The position numbers and the translations under genes are program-made. From positions 149,236,001 through 149,300,000 of the forward strand of contig CM059432.1 in NCBI GenBank assembly GCA_030390025.1: a stretch of 64,000 bases of DNA. The letters run 5' to 3'. The notes under the pieces were generated by a model. It saw only the letters and a program-made list of their open reading frames with translations, had not been told where the DNA came from and made no database searches. Numbering within the stretch: position 1 is the first letter of the stretch; the number at the start of each line of letters is the position of its first letter. Shown piece after piece: positions 24,740 to 35,399 of the stretch. The stretch comes from Squalus acanthias (taxonomy: Eukaryota).

Positions 24740-24960
24740 GGTCACTAACCTTAACAATCAGTCAACAGGCTATTCTCCAAGGTGTGGGAGGGGAATTACA
24801 GCCAAGCCCAACATTATCGTAACCTGAGTCGACAGCCACCTCCAGCAGGGTGTCACTGGATAGTAATTAGGAGCAGGAACCCTGGCTGATTTTCCCCTTC
24901 AGTAACCTCCTGCCCGAGCTACATTAGTACAGCCTGGGTCTGGCTGATCTCTGGGACTCA
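24740..24960 (-). mobile_element. Old SINE-like repeat (relatives at about 8370-8470 and 39520-39960)
   Basis: Shared text such as aaaatcagccagggttcctgctcc...actatccagtgac versus aaatcaa...gtttcctgttcccagtcactacccaatgg. Confidence 0.4.
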
Positions 24961-26324
24961 GATACTGGATGAAAGGGAAGCTCCGCTTGATTTATTAGCA
25001 AACCCGCTCAGTCTTATTCAAATAATTTATTCCGATTTAAAATAGTAACCTATTTTCAGCTTTAAATTTAATAGGATTGCAACCATGTCAGTCTTGCTCA
25101 TCACTCTGAATGTTTGCCCGATTTGAGAACATCTGTATTTCTTGTTATATCACTGAATTTTGTTCCTTTATTTCTAACCGTTAATGCCCCTCCTAAAGTA
25201 GTGCAGGAATCGACAACTTCAGAGAACAGCCACAGCACTTATGTTCTTTCAAGCCCATCCTCGTGATAGCAATTGAAGTCACTGATCAGAATGCTGCACT
25301 TTAGGATGGATGGTAATCATTCAGACGGTAAAAATGTAATTAGCAGCAGTGAGGAGAAAGCAAACGGTTCTCATCAGTCGTTACTTGTAAACCACTTATC
25401 TCACCAGACTTTACTGTAAATACACTGCAGATCTCTGCTTTCTGTCAATTGTTCCCCACAATACACCCCTATTTCGAAATACGTCTATCGAGAGAAACCC
25501 CCTTATTTCTCATGACTCTTTCATTTGAGTTACTTGTTTCAGTATTATTGCAAAGTTTAGAGATTGGAGAACATGAATACAGAAACGAGCGAGATTACTC
25601 CACCAAATATGGGTAACAATTGGCTATATTTACCAAGGAATTTTAGAAAAGTATGGAATTTATTTTGCTACCCTCGCTTGTTAGATATTTTTTTACATTC
25701 AAAATTAGAGAGAAGCTCAAGGTAACTCAAATGTGCCGAGGAATATAAAACCTATACAGAGCTCTCCGTTTGACCTGAAACAATCTATTTGAGATTTTAT
25801 ATACATCTAAAAAAAGTGAGTTTGACTGTCTTGTCACTTTTCTGTGATTAGATTAATCTGCCGGTCATAGGTTACAATGTAAGTCCTGTAGAACTAAAAT
25901 ACAGTGCATATATTGTTTGGTTTACAAAGTAATCTCAAAACTAAACCCGAGAGTTAGTAATTAGGAATGCTGATATAGTGATGGATTTACCGCTGCTTTT
26001 TGAATAAACCTTAGGTTCTGGCTTTATTCCAGAGCCAGCTCCCCCATCCCCGCCGGGTTGGTACTGATCCTGGGGTTAAGTGTACAGGTTGTAGGCCATC
26101 ACACTTACACAGCCTCTGCAGCACGATGTCCTCTGATCCAAAACTACCTTGGACGCAGCAGAAGCAAGAGGCAACAGAAAGAAAGCACCAGGCGGTGGGG
26201 CGTCCCTCGCCTCTGATCACTTTAGGACCCACTCCAGGGCTTCAGGATGCTCCAAGCCCTACTCTCGGGCTCGGTGTGCTCCACAGAGTGGTTTACTTAC
26301 CCATCCTTCGAGATAAGAGACTCA

Positions 26325-26757
26325 GTGTCAGCTGTGGCTCAGTGGGTAGCACACTCGCCTCTGAGTCAGAAGGTTGTGGGTTCATAGTCCCACTCCAGGA
26401 ACTTGAGCACATAAAGCTAGGCTGACACTCCCAGTGCAGTGCTGAGGGAGTGCTGCACTGCCAGAGGTGCCGTCTTTCGGATGAGACGTAAAAGATCCCA
26501 TGGCACTATTTCGAAGGAAGAGCAGGGGAGTTATCCCCGGTGTCCTGGGGCCAATATTTATCCCTCAACCAACATCACTAAAACAGATTATCTGGTCATT
26601 ATCACATTGCTGTTTGTGGGAGCTTGCTGTGCGCAAAATTGGCTGCCGCGTTTCCCACATTACAACAGTGACTACACTTCAAAAAGTACTTCATTGGCTG
26701 TAAAGCGCTTTGGGACGTCCGGTGGTCGTGAAAGGCGCTGTATAAATGTAAGTCTTT
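26325..26757 (+). mobile_element. DeuSINE (SacSINE1-like), small internal deletion
   Basis: gtcagctgtggctcagtgggtagc head, Deu domain, gaaaggcgctgtataaatg tail. Confidence 0.88.
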
Positions 26758-26897
26758 ACTCCCCTCAGTCCTGACAGAAGACATTAAGTCAATGGACACC
26801 TGAGTTACAGTCAGTACTGAGGGGAGTAGAGTCTCCTGTTTCGAAGGATTTGACCTTACTTTAGAACAATAAATCCAGTTGATCGCACTTATTATAC

Positions 26898-27021
26898 CTG
26901 CTGACCCGGATTGGGTGACACCTGGGACTCAGTCCAGTGTATACTCTTTCCTGATGGAGTAAAACAGACCACATTCCTTGCTCAGTTTTTCAAAACACTC
27001 CTTCTCTTCATCCCAGTTCAC
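26898..27021 (-). CDS. MLH1: MLH1 exon 18 equivalent with apparent frameshift and premature stop
   Basis: gtgcag|GTGAACTGG...CAGCAG|gtataa; [30 protein letters not shown] then TGA (26929-26931); the shifted frame reads [11 protein letters not shown]; 124 nt between phase-0 neighbours. Confidence 0.9.
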
Positions 27022-28132
27022 CTGCACAATAAGAAGAAAATATTATAGCTGTGCCCTCATAAAAAAGGTACTGGGCACAAAAGGAAAGTGTAAGTGGATT
27101 AGACCAGATGGTAACTACACACATATCATGCATTGTTATCTGGTGTTGTATACAACAATTCGGAATAACTATTAACTGTAACAAGTAGTTACTGTTTAAT
27201 GTAAAGGTTACATATTGTTCACTACTATCGCTACACGTGACAGAGCGAGATTTGGCCGACCGGGGGGAGGGGGTCCGAACTTATTTTGGCCAACTTGTCA
27301 GGAAGGGGACTGAACTGAGGGAAGCTGATACACCAGTCTGAAGGCCAAGGTGGGAACCGCACAGACTGAACCTAGAGGCAGTCCTCCAAAGCCACATTGG
27401 CCGACCTCAGATGAATTTTGTGGGGGGGGCGGCGGGGGTGGTGTCATGCCTTTCCACTAGTTCCGCCACTAATTTCTACAGACTATTTTCAGGATCCATT
27501 TTTTAAAAAAGAGGCTTAATTTACATGGACTGCAGTGAAATCAACCAGAGGCAATGGGCCAGTTATTTATCTTGGCCTCCAGCAAGCTTTAGTTTCATAT
27601 TGCCAGTCCTGTGTCATCAAACTTTCAACATCAATAAAGTGGGAACATCTTGGCTCTGGAGATGGTGCAGAGGAGGGCAAATAAATTGATATCCGGGACC
27701 TGCAAAGAGGGCCTTAAGGAAACTGGGAATGTTCACATCGGAGAAAAGCAAACTGAGGGACGATCCAGGTGTACAGAAACTGAATTCTGAACCTGTCTGG
27801 CATGATCACAGATTCTAACCAGGATGAACGAACTCAAGGTCTCAAGAGGGACTGTTTAAATTTAAGTAACTCACACACAGGGTGGTGAATGTGTGCAATG
27901 GTTTGCCGAGGAACAGAGCAGAGATGGAGACTGTTGGGAAATTCAAGGGAGCTGGATAATTCTTTTGATGAAAGTGACACTCGAGAGGTACGAGAGATTA
28001 TCACGGTACATTTTCCAAGTCCTCAACTGAAGCGAGGTACCGAGCTCCCTGCCTGTGATTTGCCAATTGGTTCTCGGAGGACCGGGTACCTCGGAGTGGC
28101 CAAGGACGCAAAGTCTACTCCTTGGTATTATA

Positions 28133-29050
28133 AGAACATAAGAAGTAGGAGGAGGAGTCGGCCATACGACCCTCGGGCCTGCTCCGCCATTCAATAGGAT
28201 CATGGCTGATCCGAACCTAGACTCACGTCCACTTCCCTGCCCGCTCCCCATAACCCTTCATTCCCTTATCAGCTAGGAAACTGTCTCTCTCCGTTTTAAA
28301 TTTATTTAATGTCGCAGCTTCCACAGCTCTCTGAGGTAGCAAATTCCATAGATTTACTACCCTCTGAGTGAAGAAGTTTCTCCTCATCTCAGTTTTGAAA
28401 CGGCAGCCCCTTATTCTAAGATTATGCCCCCTAGTTCTAGTCTCACCCATCAGTGGAAACATCCTCCCCGCATCCACCCGATCAAGCCCCCTCACAATCT
28501 TATATGTTTCGATAAGATCGCCTCTCATTCTTCTGTATTCCAATGAGTAGAGGCTCAACCTACTCAACCTTTCCTCATAAGTCAAACCCTCATCTCCGGA
28601 ATCAACCGAGTGAACCTTCTCTGAACTGCCTCTAGAGCAAGTATATCTTTTCTTAAATATGGAAACCAAAACTGTACGCAGTACTCCAGGTGTGGCCTCA
28701 CCAGTACCTTGTATAACTGAAGCAAGACTTCCCTGCTTCTACACTCCATCCCCCTTGCAATAAAAGCCAAGATTCCATTGGCCTTCCTGATCACCTGCTG
28801 TACCTGCATACTAACCTTCTGTGTTTCATGCACCAGGACCCCCAGATCCCTTTGTACTGTAGCACTTTGCAGTTTCTTTCCATTTAGATAATAACTTGCT
28901 CTTTGATTTTTTCTGCCAAAATGCATAACCTCACACTTTCCAACATTATATTCCATCTGCCAAATTTCTGCCCACTCACTTAGCCTGTCTATGTCCTTTT
29001 GCAGGTTTTTTATGTCCTCCTCACTCACTGCTTTCCCTCCCATCTTTGTA
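28133..29050 (-). mobile_element. 5'-truncated CR1 LINE
   Basis: ORFs 28582-29043 and 28223-28669 give the CR1 RT C-terminus; ttcttatgttcttat tail. Confidence 0.9.
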
Positions 29051-29143
29051 TTGTATGCTTTGAACTTCAGAGCCGGGCAGATAGGCTGAAATGGTCTTTA
29101 TCAGTTCTACATTCTTATTTTCCAGATACAACAGGGTACCCAC

Positions 29144-29236
29144 CTCTGTCGCTAGACGTAGGATGAACATTGGCAGCCCCGCCAGAGCTGGAATGTAGTT
29201 CTCCAAGAGCAGAGGTAATCCAGTTAGGTTTCCCTC
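29144..29236 (-). CDS. MLH1: MLH1 exon 17 equivalent
   Basis: tcctag|GAGGGA...ACAGAG|gtgggt; 93 nt; [31 protein letters not shown]. Confidence 0.96.
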
Positions 29237-29261
29237 CTAGGAATGACCACAGTAAATACAT

Positions 29262-32200
29262 AGTACGGTAGCATTGTGGTTGTGTTACTGGACTAGTAAT
29301 CCAGAGGCCTGGACTAATAATCCGCCACGGCAGCTGGGGAATTTAAATCCAGTTAATTAAATAAATCTGGAATAAAAAGCTAGTATCAGTAATGGTGACC
29401 ATGAAACTACTGGATTGTCGTAAAAACCCATCTGGTTCACTAATGTCCTTCAGGGAAGGAAATCTGCCGTCCTTACCCGGTCTGTCCGATATGTGACTCC
29501 AGACCCACAGCAATGTGGTTGACTCTTAACTGCCCTCTGAAATGGCCCAGCGAGTCACTCAGTTGTGCCAAACTGCTACAAAGAAGAATAAAACCGGACA
29601 GACCACCCGCCATCAACCTCGGCACTGGACACGACGATGTCACACCCAGCCCAATCGACCCTGCAAAGTACTTCTCACTAACATCTGGGGACTTGTGCCA
29701 AAATTGGGAGAGCTGTCCCACAGACTAGTCAAGCAACAGCCTGACACAGTCATACTCGCAGAATCATACCTTTCAGCCAATGTCCCAGACTTCTCCATCA
29801 CCATCCCTGGGTCTGTCCTGTCTCACCGGCAGGGCAGACCCACCAGGGTGGCGGCACAGTGGTATACAGTCGGGAGGGAGTGGCCCTGGGAGTGCTCAAC
29901 ATTGTCTCCGGACCCCATGAAGTCTCATGGCTTCAGGTCAAACATGAGCAAGGAAACCTCCTGCTGATTACCACCTACCGCCCTCCCTCAGCTGATGAAT
30001 CAGTACTCCTCCATGTTGAACATGGAAGAAGCACTGAGAGTAACAAGGGCTCAGAATGTACTCTGGGTGGGGGACTTCAACGTCCATCACCAGGAGTGGC
30101 TCGGTAGCACCACTACTGACCGAGCTGGCTGAGTTCTGAAGGACATAGCTGCCAGCCTGGGCATGCGGCAGGTGGTGAGAACCAACACAAGGGAAAAACC
30201 TACTTGACCTCGTCCTCACCAATCTACTTTCGCAGATGCATCTGTCCATGACAGTATTGGTAGGAGTGACCACCGCACAGTCCTTGTGGAGACGAAGTCC
30301 CGTCTTTACACTGAGGACACCCTCCATCGTGTTGTGTGGCACTAACACCGTGCTAAATGGGATAGATTCAGAACAGATCTAGCAACTCAAAACTGGGCAT
30401 CCATGAGACGCTGTGGGCCATCAGCAGCAGCAGAATTGTGTTCCACCACAATCTGTAACCTCATGGCCCGGCATATCCCTCACTCTACCATTACCACCAA
30501 GCCAGGTGACCAACCCTGGTTCAATAAGGAGTGTAGAAAGAGCATGCTGGGAGCAGCACCAGGCGTACCTAAAAATGAGGTGCCAACCTGGGGAAACTGC
30601 AACACAGGACTACATGCATGCTAAACAGCAGAAGCAGAAGCAGCAAGTTATAGACAGGGCTAAGCGATCCCACAATCAACGGATCAGGTCAAAGCTCTGC
30701 AGTCCTGCCACATCTAGTCGTGAATGGTGGTGGACAATTAAACAACTAATGGGAGGAGGAGGCTCCATGAATATCCCCATCCTCAATGATGGCGGAGCCC
30801 AACACGTGAGTGCAAAAGACAAGGCTGAAGCGTTCACAACCATCTTCAGCCAGGAGTGCCAAGTGGATGATCGATCTCGGCCTCCTCCTGAGGTCCCCAC
30901 CATCACAGAAGCCAGTCTTCACCCAATTCGATTTACTCCATGTGATATCAAGAAATGGCTGAGCGCATTGGATACAGCAAAGGCTATGGGCCCTGACAAC
31001 ATCCCGGCTGTCGTGCTGAAGACTTGTGCTCCAGAACTAGCCGCGCCTCTAGCCAAGCTGTTCCAGTACAGCTACAACACTGGCATCTACCGGACAATGT
31101 AGAAAACTGCCCAGTTATATCCTATCCACAAAAAAGCAGGACAAATCTAGTCCAGCCAATTACGTCCCCATCAGTCTACTATCAATCATCAGCAAAGTGA
31201 TGGAAGGTGTCATCAACAGTGCTATCAAACGGCACTTACTCACCAATAACCTGCTCACTGATGCTCAGTTTGGGTTCCGCCAGTACCACTCGGCTCCAGA
31301 CCGCATCACAGCCGTGGTCCAAACATGGACAAAGGAGCTGAATTCCAGAGGTGAGAGGGGAGAGTGACTGCCGAGTGTGGCATCAAGGAGCCCTAGCAAA
31401 ACTGAAGTCAATGGGAATCGGGGGGAAAACTCTCCACTGGCTGGAGTCATACTGAGCACAAAGGAAGGTGGTTGTTGGAGGCTAATCATCTCAGCCCCAG
31501 GAGTTACTCAGGGCAGTGTCCTCGGCCCAACCATCTTCAGCTGCTTCATCAATGACCGTCCTGCCATCATAAGGTCAGAAATGAGGATGTTCACTGAGCA
31601 AAGGAGGTTGAGGGGTGATTTGATCGAGGTGTACAAGATTATGACGGGTTTGGATAGGCTAGACGGGGAAAGGCTGTTCCCACTAGTTGATGGTACAAGG
31701 ACTAGGGGACACAGATTTAAGGTTTTGGGCAAGAGATACAGGGGGGGATGAGGGGAAAAACTTTTTTACACAGCGAGTGGTGAGGACCTGGAACTCGCTG
31801 CCAACAGATGTAGTGGAAACGGACACACAATGTTTTCAAGGGGAGACTAGATAGGCATTTGAGGGAAATAAACTTGCAGGGCTACGGGGATAGAGCGGGG
31901 GAATGGAACTGAGTGGATTGCTCTACAGAGAGCCGGCACGGACTCGATGGGCCGAATGGCCTCCTTCTATGCCATTATGACTCTATGACTGCAGAGTGTT
32001 CAGTTCCATTCGCAACTCCTCAGATAATGAAGCAGTCCATGCCCGCATGCAGCAAGACCTGGATGACATTCAGGCTTGGGCTGATAAGTGGCAGGTAACA
32101 TTCGTGCCACACAAGTGCCAGGCAATGACTATCTCCAACAAGATAGATTCTAACAACAGCCCCTTGACATTCAACGGCATTACCATCGCCAAATCCCCCA

Positions 32201-32880
32201 CCATCAACATCCTGGGGATCACCATTGTCCTGAAACTTAACTGGATCAGCCACATAAATACTGTGGCAACAAGAGCAGGTCAGAGGCTGGGTATTCTGTG
32301 GCAAGTGTCTCACCTCCCGACTCCCCAAAGCCTTTCCACCATCTACAAGGCACAAGTCAGGAGTGTGAATGAATACTCTCCACTTGCCTGGATGAGTGCA
32401 GCTCCAACAACACTCAAGAAGCTCGACACCATCCAGGACAAAGCAGCCCGCTTGATTGGCACCCCATCCACCACCTTAAACATTCACTCCCTCCACCACC
32501 GGCGCACCGTGGCTGCAGTGTGTACCATCTACAAGATGCACTGCAGCAACTCGCCAAGGCTTCTTCGGCAGCACCTCCCAAACCCGCGACCTCTTCCACC
32601 TAGAAGGACAAGGGCAACAGGCGCATGGGAACACCACCACCTCCAAGTTCCCCTCCAAGTCACACACCATCCTGACTTGGAAATATATCGCCGATCCTTC
32701 ATCATCGCTGGGTCAAAATCCTGGAACTCCCTCCCTAACAGCACTGTGGGAGCACCTTCACCACACGGACTGCAGCGGTTCAAGAAGGCGGCTCACCACC
32801 ACCTTCTCAAGGGGCAATTAGGGATGGCCAATAAATGCTGGCCTTGCCAGCGACGCCCACATCCCATGAACGAATAAGAA
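29262..32880 (+). mobile_element. Apparently full-length CR1/L2-group LINE with tRNA-like head and no visible ORF1
   Basis: tagcattgtgg A-box-like start; APE begins about 29670 (LLTNIWGL); RT; 3' end cgcccacatcccatgaacgaataagaaaaa; inserted just beyond the MLH1 exon 17 acceptor. Confidence 0.85.
31598..31985 (+). mobile_element. CR1 3' fragment nested in the RT motif of the host LINE
   Basis: EQRRLRGDLIEVYKIM; tail tatgactctatgact; host reads atgttcactga|...|tgactgcagagtgttc. Confidence 0.85.
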
Positions 32881-33096
32881 AAATTATTCTGAGAATGGAT
32901 TTGTGTTAAGGCACCATATAGCACGTCACATGGAAAATAGGTGGGATTTGCTGCCACCAGGTGGCCAGTTATATAACTGCAACGACTGGCTCTTTACTGC
33001 AGTTTTTCTATATCGATCTTCAGTGTGAAATGGGCAAACTGTTGTGAACTGCTTGAGATTCCAAGGTGTTTCAGTCGCCTTAACTTGTATACTAAC

Positions 33097-33261
33097 CTCA
33101 TCAATCCCCAGGGAGAAATAATCTCGCAGCATTTCAGATTTTGTCTTCAAAAAATCTACAATATACTCCGCCAATCCCTCTTTGGGACCATCCTCTTCTG
33201 TCCAGCCACTTTCTGGGCTATCCAACGCCAGCATCGCCAGATCATACAAGGGGGCAGGGTT
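33097..33261 (-). CDS. MLH1: MLH1 exon 16 equivalent
   Basis: gttcag|AACCCT...GATGAG|gttagt; 165 nt; [55 protein letters not shown]. Confidence 0.97.
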
Positions 33262-33343
33262 CTGAACACAAGGAAAAGAACATACTCAGTGTCTCGTGCT
33301 AGCGACCAAATTACCAAGACAAAGAGTAACGTCACACACTTAC

Positions 33344-33407
33344 CGACAACCTCAACACTCCAAAATTGCCAAAGTCATAGATCAAGATCTGGTGAAACAA
33401 TTCTTGA
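33344..33407 (-). CDS. MLH1: MLH1 exon 15 equivalent
   Basis: tttcag|TCAAGAA...TTGTCG|gtaagt; 64 nt, phase 2->0; QELFHQILIYDFGNFGVLRLS. Confidence 0.96.
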
Positions 33408-33989
33408 CTGAAAGAAAAGCACAAATTGTGGTCAGAAAATTGTGCACACGCAAGATGGCGTTTCAGAAAAGCGGCGCTGCGAGAGGTCAGTCGGTTCAAA
33501 CACAATAATACCGACATCAGCCATCTCAAATTTTGTGACCGACTCCCTTGATAAAAAATAAATAAAATTGCAATAAAACCCTGCTCCCATCGCAGATTGA
33601 GGAGAGGGTTCAGAGGTCAGCCCTCCCTATTTCCCAATCATTATAATCAATTATAATGACTGAAAAATTACAGTTATATCAATGACATGAAGATCGGGAG
33701 CCCTGCGCTCGATTCTCCGCTCTGTGCTGCCTTTGAGTGAGACTCCATGGCTGGAGCAAAAATTTCCCCGACTGTATAAACTGCTGTAAATCACTCTTTG
33801 TGGAATCCCCGAGCTGCAGAACTCTAACTTCCTCAGTCTGTCCTTCCTCCCACAAAACCCAAGCTTGGCGTCATCTACTCACGACCTCCTGATTTATCTC
33901 ATCTCCCCATTTACTCTATTTGGCCTTGGTGGTGCGGAGCCTCTAATATGGGCCATTGGCCCTTCAGCTACAGTCACAATAATAAAAAG

Positions 33990-34385
33990 TCGTTCTCCCC
34001 AGGAGGTGGTTCTTTCCCCGGAGAATAGTGGATCTCCGGAACAGGCTGCCCTCTCGTGCAGTGGACACCGATTCGCTGAATTCCTTCAAGCGAGAGCTGG
34101 ACCTGTTTCTGGTTGGGGCGGAGATCACCTCGTGCAGAAGGGTGAGTGCTGCAGGGAATTCAGGGCCAGAGTGATCTCCTGGACTAGTTTGATCGCCTAA
34201 AGGGGTCAGAGAGGAATTGACCTCTGTTTTTACCTGGTTTTTCGTCTCTCCCAGGACATCACATAGCTTTTGCGTGGGCTGGGAGTGTATCGATATTGTG
34301 ACGCACAAGCCATCACAGTTGTGTGGGACAGGCTGGATGGACCAGTGGGTCTGTTCCTGTCTGTCATTGTTTGTATGATTGTATA
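33990..34385 (+). mobile_element. Probable retroposon 3' UTR fragment
   Basis: ggactagtttgatcgcc...ggctggatggaccagtgggtctgttcctgtc followed by a tgtat-like tail; non-coding. Confidence 0.4.
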
Positions 34386-34671
34386 TTACGTTCAAATCTA
34401 CAATTGCCAATGCTACAAAAATGATGCAATTTTGCATAGTGTGAAGCTTTTTGTAAACGTACATACTTGTTCAATTTGTTCTCCTGTCCACACTAATACC
34501 AAATAATCTCCAGGACATTTCCAGCAATAAAATGTCCTCGTTTTACTGTAACCTCTTTTTTTGCACAGTTGGACTTGAAATGGATTGTCATTACTGACGG
34601 ACAAACCATTACCCAGCAGAGGCTCATTCACTCAATAGAGATGGTGCTGTTTAAGAGGATGAAGACGTTAC

Positions 34672-34780
34672 CTGAGCTTAGTGGTGTTGACCAGGTAAAG
34701 TTTAGTCTGATACTGCACCAGTGCCCACTGAGGGTTCACACAACCGATGAACGAATGATTCTGCAACATATCTTGTAGGC
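34672..34780 (-). CDS. MLH1: MLH1 exon 14 equivalent
   Basis: tctaag|GCCTACAA...CTCAG|gtaacg; 109 nt, phase 1->2; [35 protein letters not shown]. Confidence 0.96.
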
Positions 34781-34941
34781 CTTAGAAACAAAAAAAATGA
34801 AGAGACTCAGAATTAGTGTCCTGACCACAATGAAGTCATCTTATTGCATCAACTTGAGCAAGAGCAAAACCAACGGAGTTTCAAATATATTTGGAGTTTT
34901 GTAGATGCTTTGGCCCAATTTTGCATATTCCCCCCCCACAG

Positions 34942-35073
34942 GGAGTCGAGGGTTATGGGGAGCGGGCAGGGAAGTGGAGTTGAGGCCAAGATCAGATCAG
35001 CCATGATCTTATTGAATGGCGGAGCAGGCTCGAGGGGCCGAATGACCGACTCCTGATCCTACGTCTTATGTTC
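34942..35073 (+). mobile_element. CR1 3' tip
   Basis: gatcagccatgatcttattgaatggcggagcaggctcgagggg...cttatgttc. Confidence 0.8.
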
Positions 35074-35191
35074 ACACAACACTGAATAATGGCCACCCGG
35101 CCAATGCGTCCGTAAGTGACTCACATCAACTCCGTTTCTCCCCTACCCCCTCTCCTCCGGCAGCGACTCGTCTAATAGCCGGCGTCTGTAC

Positions 35192-35340
35192 CTGCGTGGC
35201 TTTCGCTGCTGATGTCTTCTCGCAGGGCGAGTATACTGCTTAGGTTAATAATTCGTCTCTTTGGAAGATGGGCAGCTGTCATGTCACGGCTGGAGTGCAC
35301 CTCCTTCACCTCACCTGGTGAATCCACTCTTGACCGTTTT
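35192..35340 (-). CDS. MLH1: MLH1 exon 13 equivalent
   Basis: tgttag|AAAACGG...CACGCAG|gtacag; 149 nt, phase 2->1; KRSRVDSPGEVKEVHSSRDMTAAHLPKRRIINLSSILALREDISSESHA. Confidence 0.95.
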
Positions 35341-35399
35341 CTAACAGTAAACAAAATTATACAAATGTCAAGTTGCATTATGTTAGATTGATACACATC

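Noticed and set aside
31996..32877. Independent 293-aa gene
   Set aside because: C-terminal part of the LINE ORF downstream of the nested CR1 insertion
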